Shown here: positions 12,061 to 23,742 of the stretch, piece by piece | How positions within the stretch are numbered: position 1 is the first letter of the stretch | Layout: each line of letters opens with the position of its first letter | Position numbers and translations under genes: made by a program | Assembly (NCBI GenBank): GCA_951406725.2 | Contig: OX597817.1 | Location: forward strand, 103,974,001 to 104,038,000 | DNA: 64,000 nt | Direction of reading: 5' to 3' | Source: Octopus vulgaris | Lineage: Eukaryota | The notes under the pieces: generated by a model | Seen by the model: only the letters and a program-made list of their open reading frames with translations | Told to the model about the DNA's origin: nothing | Databases searched by the model: none

Positions 12061-12879
12061 AGGTTATGTTATTTACACCCTCGCTTAGTCATGAATTTCA
12101 ATAAGAATTTATTTCATGTAATATACTTTTCTTTTTTTTCACTCTTTTTTTTTTTTGAGATATAAATGGAAAAGCAAAAATAGTAAAGATGTGTGTGAAG
12201 GCAGATTACAAAAAAGACAAGAGCAATAGAATTAGTTTGTTATTTATAATTCAAAAGTAATATATTCAGTTGGAAAGAGATTGCTATCTAAATTCATTCA
12301 AGTGATGCCAGCATTAAAAAAAATAGAAGCAAAAATCATTTAGTTAACATTTTGAAGAATGATCTTTAGTTGTTTACAAAAACTATTCAAAAACTTTCAC
12401 TACATATTATTCTACATTTTTATTCTATTTAGTATTTGTGATTGCAGGATTGAGATGCTGATGTTTAATTTGAATCATTAACATCTCAATTTTAGAAAGT
12501 TATATTTCAGGTAACCTCTAGCTGGTTGCTGAACCTGCTAGAAATGGCAGCCAAATCAGCCATACATTCCACTCTACTGTCGTAGTACACACTTAAAGTA
12601 AGATTCTATTACAGAATACATGAGCAAAATAATTCTTTCTACTATAGATACAAGATATGAAATTTGGGGTAGGGACTAATCAATTACATCAACCCCAGTA
12701 CTGAACTGATACTTGTTAGGATAAAAGGCAAAATCAACCCTGGCAGAATTTTAACACAGAAATTAAGGACGAAATGCCGCTAAGCATTTTGTCCAGCATG
12801 CTAACAATTCTGCTAGCAAACCACCTGTACTCTTTAACTATTTTCACAAGATTTTCAATTGAAAATTTTAATATTTTAT

Positions 12880-13250
12880 TTGATTCACTTCATTGATTGC
12901 GACCATGCTGGGACATCACCTTGAATGGGTTTTAGTCAAACAAACTGACTCTAGTACTTATTTTTAAAGTTTGGTGCTGATTCTATTGGTCTCTTTTGTT
13001 GAAACACTTAATTGCAGAGATGTAAACAAACCAACACCAGTTGTCAAGCAATGTGGGGGCAGACACAAACACATGCACACATTTTATATGTGAGTGAGTG
13101 TGTGTAATACGCTTCTTTCAGTTTCCATCTACCAAATCCACTCAAGGCTATACAAGAAGACATTCACCCACGGTGCCATGCAATGGAATTAACCTGAAGC
13201 CATATGGTTGAGAAGCAAACTTCTTACCACACCGACATGCATGCACCTAT
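12880..13250 (-). mobile_element. tRNA-derived SINE (long family)
   Basis: Reverse complement of the family seen at 46168-46560 (CTTCTTTCAGTTTCCATCTACCAAATCCACTCA; GAAGCAAACTTCTTACCACAC). Confidence 0.75.
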
Positions 13251-15509
13251 ATGATGACAACAGATTCAAATATATGTTGGCTGCGTGTAGAATGATAATT
13301 TCATCCTTACAAAAATTGAAGCAGCAGTTTCTTTTAAATTTAAACAAGTATTTTGATATTTCTTATGATTTATCTTAATAACCAGGTAAACAGATAAATA
13401 TGTTTTCTTTTCTAATTAGATATTCATCCTAATGAAATTCAAACAATATCATTTCAAATATTCAGAAACTGAAACAGTTATACAGTGACATCCTGAATGC
13501 TGAACATAAGGAGGTCATAATTAATTGAAATTTCCCCGTTAATTAAAAAACTAAAAAAACTAAGTCAAAGAAAACCCAGCAGCAGTTGTTTGTATTGAAG
13601 AAAAGGGGAGATAATCTCAAGAAATTAAGAATTAATCCCTTAATTTATATGTTTATAAGGAACGCGTGATCTTTGTCTACAAGAGATAACTATGCACGTT
13701 TCAGTCTATTAAATCTCATCAGTGTGTTATAGTCTACCCAAACTTGCATTGACCAGCTGACATTTTTAAACATATGAGGGGAAAATTGTGAATAATTTTT
13801 AGCCCCTAAAATTGGTATATTTGAAAACTGAAATGAGCTAAAGGCAATTATTCAAACGTACCAGTAATCTGAATTTGGATGAGATAAAGGAAGATCAACT
13901 GAATGGCGTATGCAAAAATAATAACTGAAAATTCACTGTTGTTTGGAGAAAGAAAACAAAAACCTAGCGGAAATTATCAGAGATTCTCTTTTGAATTTGA
14001 TTTACATACTTAAGAGAGCGGGAGTCTAATTTGCGTTTGCAGAGAGGGTACAACTATAACGAAGCCGGGCAATCAGTTCATATTAGTATCAGTTGTATAA
14101 CACTGGTTTTGGCCGCTCCCTTACTTAAACGTAGCATACTTCGACTACAGCAAACAACGTACGTAATGCAGTCACTATGTAAGGTCCGCACACCCCACAC
14201 TACGCTAGTGGTTGGCACAAATTTGAGCATATACAAAAACGTTTTCCGAATAGAATACATATAACTTTCATAATTTTGCTAGGGTATTCTGCATCATAGG
14301 CTTAGCTATACAAGACACTTTGATCTTATGTCTGTCGATCAGGACAAACTTGTGGGAGGGGCACAAGACATCAATTATGCAATAAAAAAAGAATGAAATT
14401 CTGAGACGGTCATATTTTTTAGCGAAACTTTAGCAGTGTAATTTGGTTTCAGCCTACGATCGGAACCAGACTGTGGACTCAGCTAGACAGTAATTTACCG
14501 TTAAGCGAAAAGTATGGACACGAATTATACACTACATAAGTATTTTTAATACGGGTTTGTGATTGTATGAGTGTGGGGCGGTTATATATTACACACACGC
14601 AATCATAATATGACAAAAATTTACAGTTGTGTATTGGTAACTATTATTATAACAGTTACGGTCAACGGATTCAAAGTTTAAGGTCAATTCAAAAACTGAC
14701 ATGAAACAAAATCAGATATACTAACTAACCAGACCAGTATATTTATGCATTCTTCCAGCAGAATGTTCTTTGGTCCAAGTGAAAACATATACAGCTATAA
14801 ATAACTGCAGCAAAAAGGTACGTAATTATGCAAGGCTTGAATGTTGGGATAGGGCACAACGAACTTATGATAAATTTTTATTATATTTTCAGTATGAGCT
14901 TCAAAAATACATTGCATATTAAAATTCAGGCATAAATTATTTCGAAATTCTATTATTCTACTGTGGCTTTTCCTAAACATTTCAATGAGCTATCTCAAAA
15001 CTGATTATTATTATTATTATTATCATTATTATTATTAAGCGAAATTGATAAGAGGGCCACAAGGATCAAAGTCAATTACCTCTTATAATTTATAATTACA
15101 AGACGACATTTATTAATATAAGAAAATCATAATTCGTAAATTTAAATCTACAACAAACTGAAATGCTTAATGAGATTATAATCAAAATGAAATCAGAATA
15201 AAATTAATTATAGAAAGCGGGAAAAGAAAACTCACGCCAAAATATCAAATTAATAAGAGATAATTCGGCATGCAAGGACTTGCTTTTAATATTGTACACG
15301 TAAAGATATAAACAAGAGAGGGGAGGGTAATGGCAAATAAATAATAAACAATTATCAAGTTAATTCATATATATATAATGAAAAACGACAAATTAAAATG
15401 TAATTAGTAAGCAAACATAGATCCAACTTTTCTTATCTCAAATGAATGTGTATGTTACATAGTACTAAGTTCTTTTAAAGTAAAATGACATGCAATGAGT
15501 TTTCCGTAC

Positions 15510-15770
15510 CTATTCAAGTATCACCAGTTTGATGTAAAGACATCTTTATCAGCCAAAATAATAGCAGACACTTCTCTGTTATGTGATGAACAATTTGCCG
15601 TACATATTCGGCGTTTCACACTTTCCTTCACACTTTCCTTCGCACTTTTCCTCAAACTTCCGGAACCTGCTGATTCTTCGGTTGTTATAACAACAGATTA
15701 ATAATTCCGGTTACTAAAATACAAACGTACTTCGGTGTTTGAATGAGGTCGATCTTGAGGTAACATTTTC
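15510..15770 (-). promoter_or_regulatory. Probable promoter and non-coding first exon of an unidentified minus-strand gene
   Basis: CpG-retaining, repeat-poor island (~13.6-16.3 kb). ETS-type CCGGAAGT on the minus strand (15656-15663) and a second CCGGAA (~15706-15711). Splice donor AATAG|GTACGG at 15510/15509. Only short uORFs are present. Confidence 0.5.
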
Positions 15771-17288
15771 ACTTTACAAACTTTAGCTCTCCTTTCATCT
15801 CTCGGATGAAATATAACGATGATAATAATAATGTTCTATTTCTAAGAATTTTTAAACAAACGAAAATAATGTTGTAGGGATTATAATTTAAAACGAAGAA
15901 AATTTTTCTCGTATAGCAAGGACAAGTTTTTGCTCGACCAACACCAAGTTTATATGTGTAATTTGTAGCAAAAGTACATCTATATTATGGAACAGCAAGT
16001 TCATGAAATAGATATGCAATTATAAAACACAACTAGACGAAATGGAAGATAAAACCCGCAGAAAACTCCAGCAAAAAAAAAAAATGTTCGTAAAATACTG
16101 ATGGAAATCGCCAGAAAAAACTTATTTTACGAAAGTGAAAGCAACGTTATCTTCTAGGATCGCCCGATTTTTAAAACTTAAAAAATTACTCTTGTACAGT
16201 GAATTTCATTAATTTTTATATATTTCCCTAGTATACAATTTCTCTGGCAAATTCGTTCGAGCTTCGAACAAATTACTTTGCAGTATTTTAGTTACGGCCG
16301 TTTACATTATGAGTTACTGTGCAACTGAGGTTATCTTTTCTTTTCATCTTCCCGGGGGCCGATAAATTATAAAGTGACAGTCAAATACTAGCATTGATCT
16401 ATAATGCATCTGATGTGAACAGAATTATAATGGACGAAAAAGTGGATTTTAATGGAAAGTAGACATATGAGGGAAATGGGAAGGAATATGTTTAAATATT
16501 GATAGATTTGCTGTAAAGCATTTGCTCCTTTTAAACAATGTTGAAGTATTGCCTTTTTGTGCTGCAGTATGGCTATACAACAACCAGTCTTCTACAGCAG
16601 CTGTATTTCTCTAATTGTCCTGCTGCTATGCTACAGTACTACGCTTATTACCTGCCCTTGAATATCGTTACTTATCCACAGTGCCCTGAAACAGGCTCAA
16701 GTTAAAATAGTAAACCTATAAAGGTTATTAAATAAACTTCCTGACAGTTAAGTACTAATATGTTGTTGAAATAGATGGATATGCGAACACAGAAAAAAAT
16801 ACTTTTAAACAGTAGTCATTATTTAATTTTCTATTAATCTTCCAATCTTAAATCCTTCAGAATACATTTGCAGTGGACATCATGTAACAACGATGTAGCA
16901 CATGAACATTTGAAAGAGCTGGTACTAACAAAATATGAATATAGCCCAAAGCAACCTGACAAGCACCTGCATGGATGCTAGACAAGCGCTAAGCACCATC
17001 GCACGGTGCGTCGCTTTAAGCATGTGTCTCCAGGGAGAATTTGGGTAAACAGACAGTTTGCAAAAGCCGGTCGTGTGTGTGTGTGCATCGGCGACAAAAC
17101 GAAAAACCGTTGTTTTATGAAGGAAGTTCCTTGAGATTTTTCATCGGATTAGACACTATCGCCTTTGCTAATGCGGTAAACCAGTAATTGTCCCGTTGAA
17201 AATATGTACCATTCGATAATTCTGTTCACAATGTGTCACACCCTACTGACTTGAAAATAAAAAGATAACGTAGTGAAGACAGAAATAG

Positions 17289-17585
17289 AGGCGTAGACGT
17301 GGTTGTGTGTAAGAAGCTTGCTTCTCAGCTACAAGGTTCTGGGATCACTCCCGCTATGTGACACTTTGGGCAAGTGTCTTTTTTTTTTTTTTTCCCCTAG
17401 TTAGACCTCTTCTGCTATAGCCTCGGACCGATTAAACCCTTGTGAGTGGTTTGGTAGACGGAAACTGAAAGAAGCCCTCGTATGTGTGTGTGTTTGTCCT
17501 CCCATCATCGCTTGACAAAAACGCCTTCAAAGCAGTGCTCCGGCATGGCCGCAATCAAATGACTGAAGCAGATAAAAGAAAAGGA
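17289..17585 (+). mobile_element. tRNA-derived SINE (long family), internally deleted
   Basis: GGCGTAGACGTGGTTGTGTGTAAGAAGCTTGC head and TTGGGCAAGTGTCTT core. An inverted 3' copy follows at 17640-17775. Confidence 0.8.
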
Positions 17586-18644
17586 ATATCTACATAAGTG
17601 TGCTCCTCCCCCGACTTTGTTTCCTTGTAACTTCCAGTTTTTATTCTTTTACTTGTTTCAATCATTTGACTGCGACCATGCTGGAGCACCGCCTTTTAGT
17701 CGAGCAAATCGACCCCAGGACTTAGTTTTTGTAAGCCTAGTACTTATTCTATCGGCCTCTTTTGCCGAACCGCTATATAGAATTTTTTTTTTCTTTTGAT
17801 GAAATTTTATCTCTGAGATAGTGTGGTTGTGGATTATATCGGAATTTAATGTGAAGAAAAAAAGTTAGGCGTATACACACATACTGACATGCATGGCATA
17901 ATATTTTCAAAATTTCAAGTTTCATTTTGTGAAGTGTGTATGTGTACACGTCCACCATTTTTTCTTTAACACACTAAATTCCGATATAACCATAATCTCT
18001 ATTATCTAACAAGTATTTATCGGAAATTTCAAAACAAAAATATTCATTTTTCAGAAAGTTATGCAGAAACAAATCAGAATAGGGAAAGCATGCTTGTCTA
18101 GGTATGGACCCCCAAAAGACAGTACAATTATGGTTGAACAGCTTTTCAACATAGGTCTGTTCTTTCATGGCCAACCTGAGCATAAACACCAACACTTTCA
18201 CAATCCTCTCCATGAAGTCTAACTATTATGTTCCATTTCTTTTTTCATACGTTTACATAGGTATGCTAGTATGTGCATATATACATTTATTTTCTTGTGT
18301 CCTTCTGCCCTTCTATATTTTTATTCTCTCAACTGGCCCCAAGTCACCCACACTCAATACTACTCCCCCAGCTGCTAGTTGAAGGATTTTTGCCTTTTCC
18401 TTTTTTCTTCTGTCTTGCAAGATGAACCTGCCGGTGGTAGTGTCATGTAAAAAGCACTGGTACTGGTGCAATGTAAAAGCACCCAGTGAACTTTGTAAAG
18501 TGGTTAGCATTAGGAAGGCCATCCAGCTGTAGAAACCATACAAAAACAGACAATGGAGCTCAGTATGGTTCTTGGCCTTGCCAGCTCCTGTCTGACCACC
18601 CAACCCATGCTAGCATGGAAAACAGATATTAATTGACGAAATAT

Positions 18645-19008
18645 TTATCTTTTGTCTTTTACTTGTTTCAGTCATTAGACTGCAGCCCTGCTGGGGCAAT
18701 ACCTTGAAGAACTTTCAGTTGAATGAATCAACCTCAGTACTTATCCTATTGGTCTCTTTTGCTGAAACCACTAAATTGTGGGGATGTAAACACACCAACA
18801 CTGGTTGTCAAACGGTAATGGAAACAAACACACACACAGATTTATATAAATATACAGTGGGTTTCTTTCAGTTTCCATCTACAAAATACACTTGCAATGT
18901 TTGGTCAGCCCAAGGCTATAAGTAGAAACATTTGCTTAAGGAACTACATAGTGGGGCTGAATCCGGTATCATCTGGTTAGAAAACAAGTTTCTTACCACA
19001 CAGCCACA
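18645..19008 (-). mobile_element. tRNA-derived SINE (long family)
   Basis: TCTTTTACTTGTTTCAGTCATTAGACTGCAGCC...CTTACCACACAGCCAC. Confidence 0.78.
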
Positions 19009-19014
19009 TGAGTG

Positions 19015-19016
<2 letters not shown>

Positions 19017-19056
<40 letters not shown>
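19017..19056. repeat. (TA)n microsatellite (others at ~5842, 27533, 27927, 48699)
   Basis: Read directly from the sequence. Confidence 0.95.
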
Positions 19057-19059
<3 letters not shown>

Positions 19060-19799
19060 AATGCGAAAGTGAATATCAGTGTGTCATACTTTTTCAATTT
19101 TGCTTCTCCGACCCCCTTTCTCACTATTCAATGATACTTCTACTATTCCTCATTCTTTACCCTTCTCTCACTATTCAATGACTCTTCTACTATTCTTCAT
19201 TCTTGGTTTGTATTTTTTTTTAATCCTAACATTTTGAAAAACATCTTTCTCCAAATATTATAACTGTATCAAGTAATTTAACCATAACACATGCTTCATA
19301 ATGTTTGGAACTGAAATACATATTGAACTCACTTTCTCATACAATATTTCCTCTCATAACTCTCTACCATAAAAATGTTGGAAACTTAGTATTTTTTCAG
19401 ATATTAATAAAATTTGTCAGAGCTATTTTCACGCTGTCAGCCATTAGAGCTGTGGAAACTTAGTGCGCTCTAACTGCATGAAAATAGATTCGACTAATTT
19501 TATTATTACTGTAAAATAATTCTAAATTTCAAACATTTTTGCAGTTCAATACGTTTAGAGCAGTTCCAAACCATAAAAATCGCACTTTAAAATAATGTTT
19601 AGTGACAGTTGTGTAATTTTCCTTCAGACTACAAACAGGAATTTAGAGTACCAGCAACTACAAATAATTGTTTGCATGAAAAGTAAGGCCCTACGTATGT
19701 CAAATTGTCTTTAAATTAAGGCAGAAGAATTATCATTGAACTTTTAAAAGTTAAGTTTATTGTTGCCTACAGCCATTTTTCTCACGTAAGCGTAGTATT

Positions 19800-20025
19800 G
19801 ACCGCAACAGCTGATGTACTTGAACATACAAATGCACGTTCCCACGGCTTTATCGATCGCATTCTCACCTGGAATCGATTTTTGTAATTTTTTCAAGACT
19901 TATACACATCCTGATACTGTCAGTATCTGCATATCAAATTTGAGCGTAATCAGATGGAGGACGCCTGAGATTCTAGAAGACACACACACAGACAGACAGA
20001 ATGGATTTTATATAATATATATAAA
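19800..20025 (-). mobile_element. Non-autonomous Helitron-type 5' end (minus strand)
   Basis: Minus strand reads TATATTATATAAAATCCATTCTGTCTGTCTGTGTG...CCATCTGATTACGCTCAAATTTGATATG. This is the TA-rich/(TCTG)n/CAAATTT layout also seen at 20092, 22048 and 27650. Confidence 0.5.
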
Positions 20026-20091
20026 TATATATATTGTGCTAGCACGGAAAACGGACATTAAACAATGATGATATATACGTATGTATATATA

Positions 20092-22047
20092 TCTCTATAT
20101 TATAAATCTGAAATGCGAAAAGCTTGTTTGTTTGTCTGGTCTTGGCATTGAGAACGGGTTAAAGGCCACTAGATCCCGTCGGATTGACTCCAAAATTTAC
20201 AGGGACATGTAAAATGAGGTGAGGATGCCAGTGGGCTAGGTTAGAAATCCTTATCTTAAAAGGTGTCGTTGCTAGGGCCAAAAACGCACTTTGACAAGTC
20301 TACTCTCATTCTTTTATGTATCTGTCTTCCTCCGTCACTCACTCTATTTCCTCCCTTCCCATCACTTTCTATATATAACGTCGTTTAATAGCGTCTAACT
20401 CCCCTTCACTTTCTCTTTATAACGTCGTCAAACAGCGTTCTATATCTCCCCCTCCCTGCCTTCGACAGCGCTTTCACACTCTCTTTCTACGTCTGTCTGC
20501 ATTCATAGACAGAATTATCATCGCCGCCACCACCACACAATCATGAGAACAAATATTATGAATCAGATATTTATTGGGTTAATTTATATGTGTGTGTGTG
20601 TATGTGTTCTATATATAAATATGTATGTTAAACTTTTTAATACTTTTTGATAGTTATATATATATATTTTTTTAAATTATAAATATAATTTAATAATTTT
20701 AATTTTAAATTTAAATAATTTAAATTTTATATATTTTGTATATTATGTTTTTATTTTTATGTTTTTGTTTTTCATTGTTTGATTTGCCTAATAGTGGTTT
20801 TATCTCTAATTTAATTTATTTGTATATATAATGCGTACACACATATATATATATAATGCGTATATATATATATAATGTGTGCATTATGTGGTCGGTTGTG
20901 CTGAAAATATGCACACCTATGTTAAAAGTGCTGGCAAGTTTGCATGGCAACTATTTTTTTCCTCAAATGAAAAGCGTGACCTCTAGGACAAAATTCCTCA
21001 TCTTATAACATGTGACCCGAGTAGACCCGAATGAAATCGGGTTATATTAACCAAAATGTGAAAAGAGGCCTAAATAGGGCTTGAAGGGGATTAAAATTTA
21101 CAGGAGCAGGTGTTTAGGAATTCTCTTTTACATGAAGCTAAAAAATTTGCGCCAGCCTTTAAATTATCAATGTGTTGCCGTCCATGATGAAGAAGTTTTG
21201 AATGCTTGCCATGGTGAGTTTACTGTCATGAGAAAGAATCACTTCAAAGCTTGGTGTTTAGGAATTTTCTTTCACATCAAGTTCAAAATTTTATGCCAGC
21301 CGTTAAACTGCCACTATGTTACTGTCCGTCGTTAAGAAATGCCAACCATGGTGACTCTACTATCCTCAGATTCTATCCTTTCAAACTTTGGTTTCCAATA
21401 TTTTTTTATTTTTATTCAGCTCGCAAGTTCGTCTCTCCCTTTTAAATGTTAGTGTTTTGCTTTCTGCCTTGAAGCAGACCTTTGCGTTGTCACTGCCTGA
21501 TATTTATGATTGATCTTTCAAACTACTTTCTTTCTCAACTTACTCAAGATCTTTTGTTGTTTATAAATGGGAGAGAGATAGATAAAGATAGAGAGTAAGA
21601 GAAAGCGAGGGAGAGTCCGAGAGAAAGGAAGAGTAAGAGAGTGGGAAAGGGAGAGAGAAACAAACAGGGAGAATCATCATCATCATCATCATCGTTTAAT
21701 GTCCGTTTTCCGTGCTAGCACAGGTTGGACGGTTTGACCGGGGTCTGGGAAGCCAGGAGGCTGCACCAGGCTCCAGTCTGATCTGGCAGTGTTTCTACAG
21801 CTGGATGCCCTTCCTAACGCCAACCACTCCGTGATTGTAGTGGGTGCTTTTTTCGTGCCACGGCGGTAGGGGCACTGGCAGCGGCCACGATCGGTTGGTG
21901 CTTTTTACGTGCCACCACCACAGAAGCCAGTCACGGTGGCGCTGCCATCGGCCACGTTCGGATGGTGCTTTTTATGTGCTGAAAGGATGCAACAGAAAAT
22001 AACAACCACACTCTTACCCGCGCGTAGAGTGGATCTCCTTAAGCTAG
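20092..22047 (+). mobile_element. Non-autonomous Helitron (with an RTE 3' fragment inserted at ~21675-21980)
   Basis: Starts A|TCTCTATATTATAAA...(TTTG)n. Ends with the hairpin CACTCT...AGAGTG followed by AAGCTAG. Confidence 0.6.
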
Positions 22048-23276
22048 TCTATAACTATAAAAAAGAGTTTGTATGTGTGTGTGCCTATGTTCCTTATGCA
22101 TTCCAAAACCAAGTTGCCGATTTTGACGTAAGGGGTATCAAAAGATTCAGTAAGCTTTTGGCTAACAACTAAACTATATTTTCATTCACATATTTGCATT
22201 ACAAAAATTTTACATTATCATTTTTCTTTTAGTCATCTATTATAAACAACATTTTACATCACCACCACAATGTCAATGATGTCACATTTTCTATATGAGT
22301 GTGTTCACATGTTTGTTACCTAGGTTAGGCCGATGACTGACAAGTTTGTGTGTTACAGTGTAGTATATGTCAGTATACACACTTTTTTAAGATGACTGAC
22401 ACACACACACACATCTAAACACAGACAGACACAGGCTTCAGGTTTTCCTTCGTGTATGTGTGTCTCTTACTTTATGCATGTAACTCCCCACCCCAACAGT
22501 GAAATGCGCCAATATTGAAAGTTTACTTGTGGCCTCATTTTCAAACAAACAACAGCGTTCATTTTCAAGTACTACCAACATGAAGATTTGGTTGAATTAA
22601 CACCATTCACAATACTCTCAAATATATCTGGAAAAAAAATATTATGCTGGTTATTATAACAAATTCAGAAACTTGGCAAAGTAGAAAGCCTCAGTGGCTC
22701 TTTCAATATAATTACAGAAATGTTATTCCACTCCTTTTAACCAGTTTCAAGATAATGTTTTTTTTAACAGTCCTTGTATTCTTCATCACTGTATCAATAT
22801 CGCACAACCTTTTTACTGTGTTACTCAGTATTTATTCTACAGCCTATAATGTTACACAGTTCAAAAACAGCATCTTCCTTTTTATTCACTTTGGTCAGCA
22901 TTTGTTTCAAAATGTAAAATAAATTATTTTTGTATGAAAAATTGAATTATGCCTTCTGAATTTTCTTTAACTTTCACTTTCTTCACCATGACATTCATTC
23001 AATTGTGAATTTTATAAAATTTAGTACATGTTCCAAATAAATGTTGATTTTCTGTACTTTGTTACATTAGTGACATACTAACTTTTGCTAGATTGGTGAC
23101 TTTCCATTTTTTTATAGCACAACTATGCTACAGAAAGTATACTTTGCACCTATATTGACTACATTTCATTTCGCTTGAACTTCATGTGTGTACATTTTGC
23201 TGTTTTCATTATTATCAATTCTGTGAGTGTATGTGTTTCTGTGTTACACCTATAGTAAAGAACATTTTACACTGTT

Positions 23277-23546
23277 TTAATGAGCCCACATTTAATGAAG
23301 TAGCCATCCTTATGGTCGGTGATCCCATTGAAAATCATGATATTCTCATTCTTAAACATGTTTCACAGTCTCATTCCTCTTATGATGCTCTCCAGTATAA
23401 TCTTATTCTGTTGAATGGACAAGATGGGTATTATTTCAATATTCCTTGGATTGAATCTGCAACAGGATATAAAATTACAAACAAAAGGGTGTTGTCAAAT
23501 GACTTCTGTTCTTACCAACTGATATTAAGACCAGAACAATCAAATC
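23277..23546 (+). pseudogene. Helitron RepHel N-terminal region fragment
   Basis: FNEPTFNEVAILMVGD...DILIL...HSSYDALQYNLILLNGQDGY...DFCSYQLILR matches the Helitron_like_N-proximal pattern (N.PT..EVA; H.SYD.LQYPL...G.DG). Confidence 0.8.
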
Positions 23547-23742
23547 CTTTCTACTAAAAGTACAAGGCCTGAAATTTCAGGGGAGGGGATCAGTCGATTA
23601 CATCGACTCCAGTGTCTCACTGGTACTTGATTTGTCGAACCTGAAAGGATGAAAGACAAAGTTGACCCTGGTGGCATTTGAACTCTGAACATAAAGACTG
23701 GTAAATACCGGCATGCTAACGATTCTGCCAGCACATCACCTT
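23547..23742 (-). mobile_element. Nin/Deu-domain SINE with 16-bp TSD
   Basis: TSD CCAGAACAATCAAATC at 23531-23546 and 23743-23758. Confidence 0.88.

Noticed and set aside
15495-15701. 68-aa plus-strand ORF in the promoter island
   Set aside because: No recognisable protein; better explained as the antisense of a 5' UTR exon.
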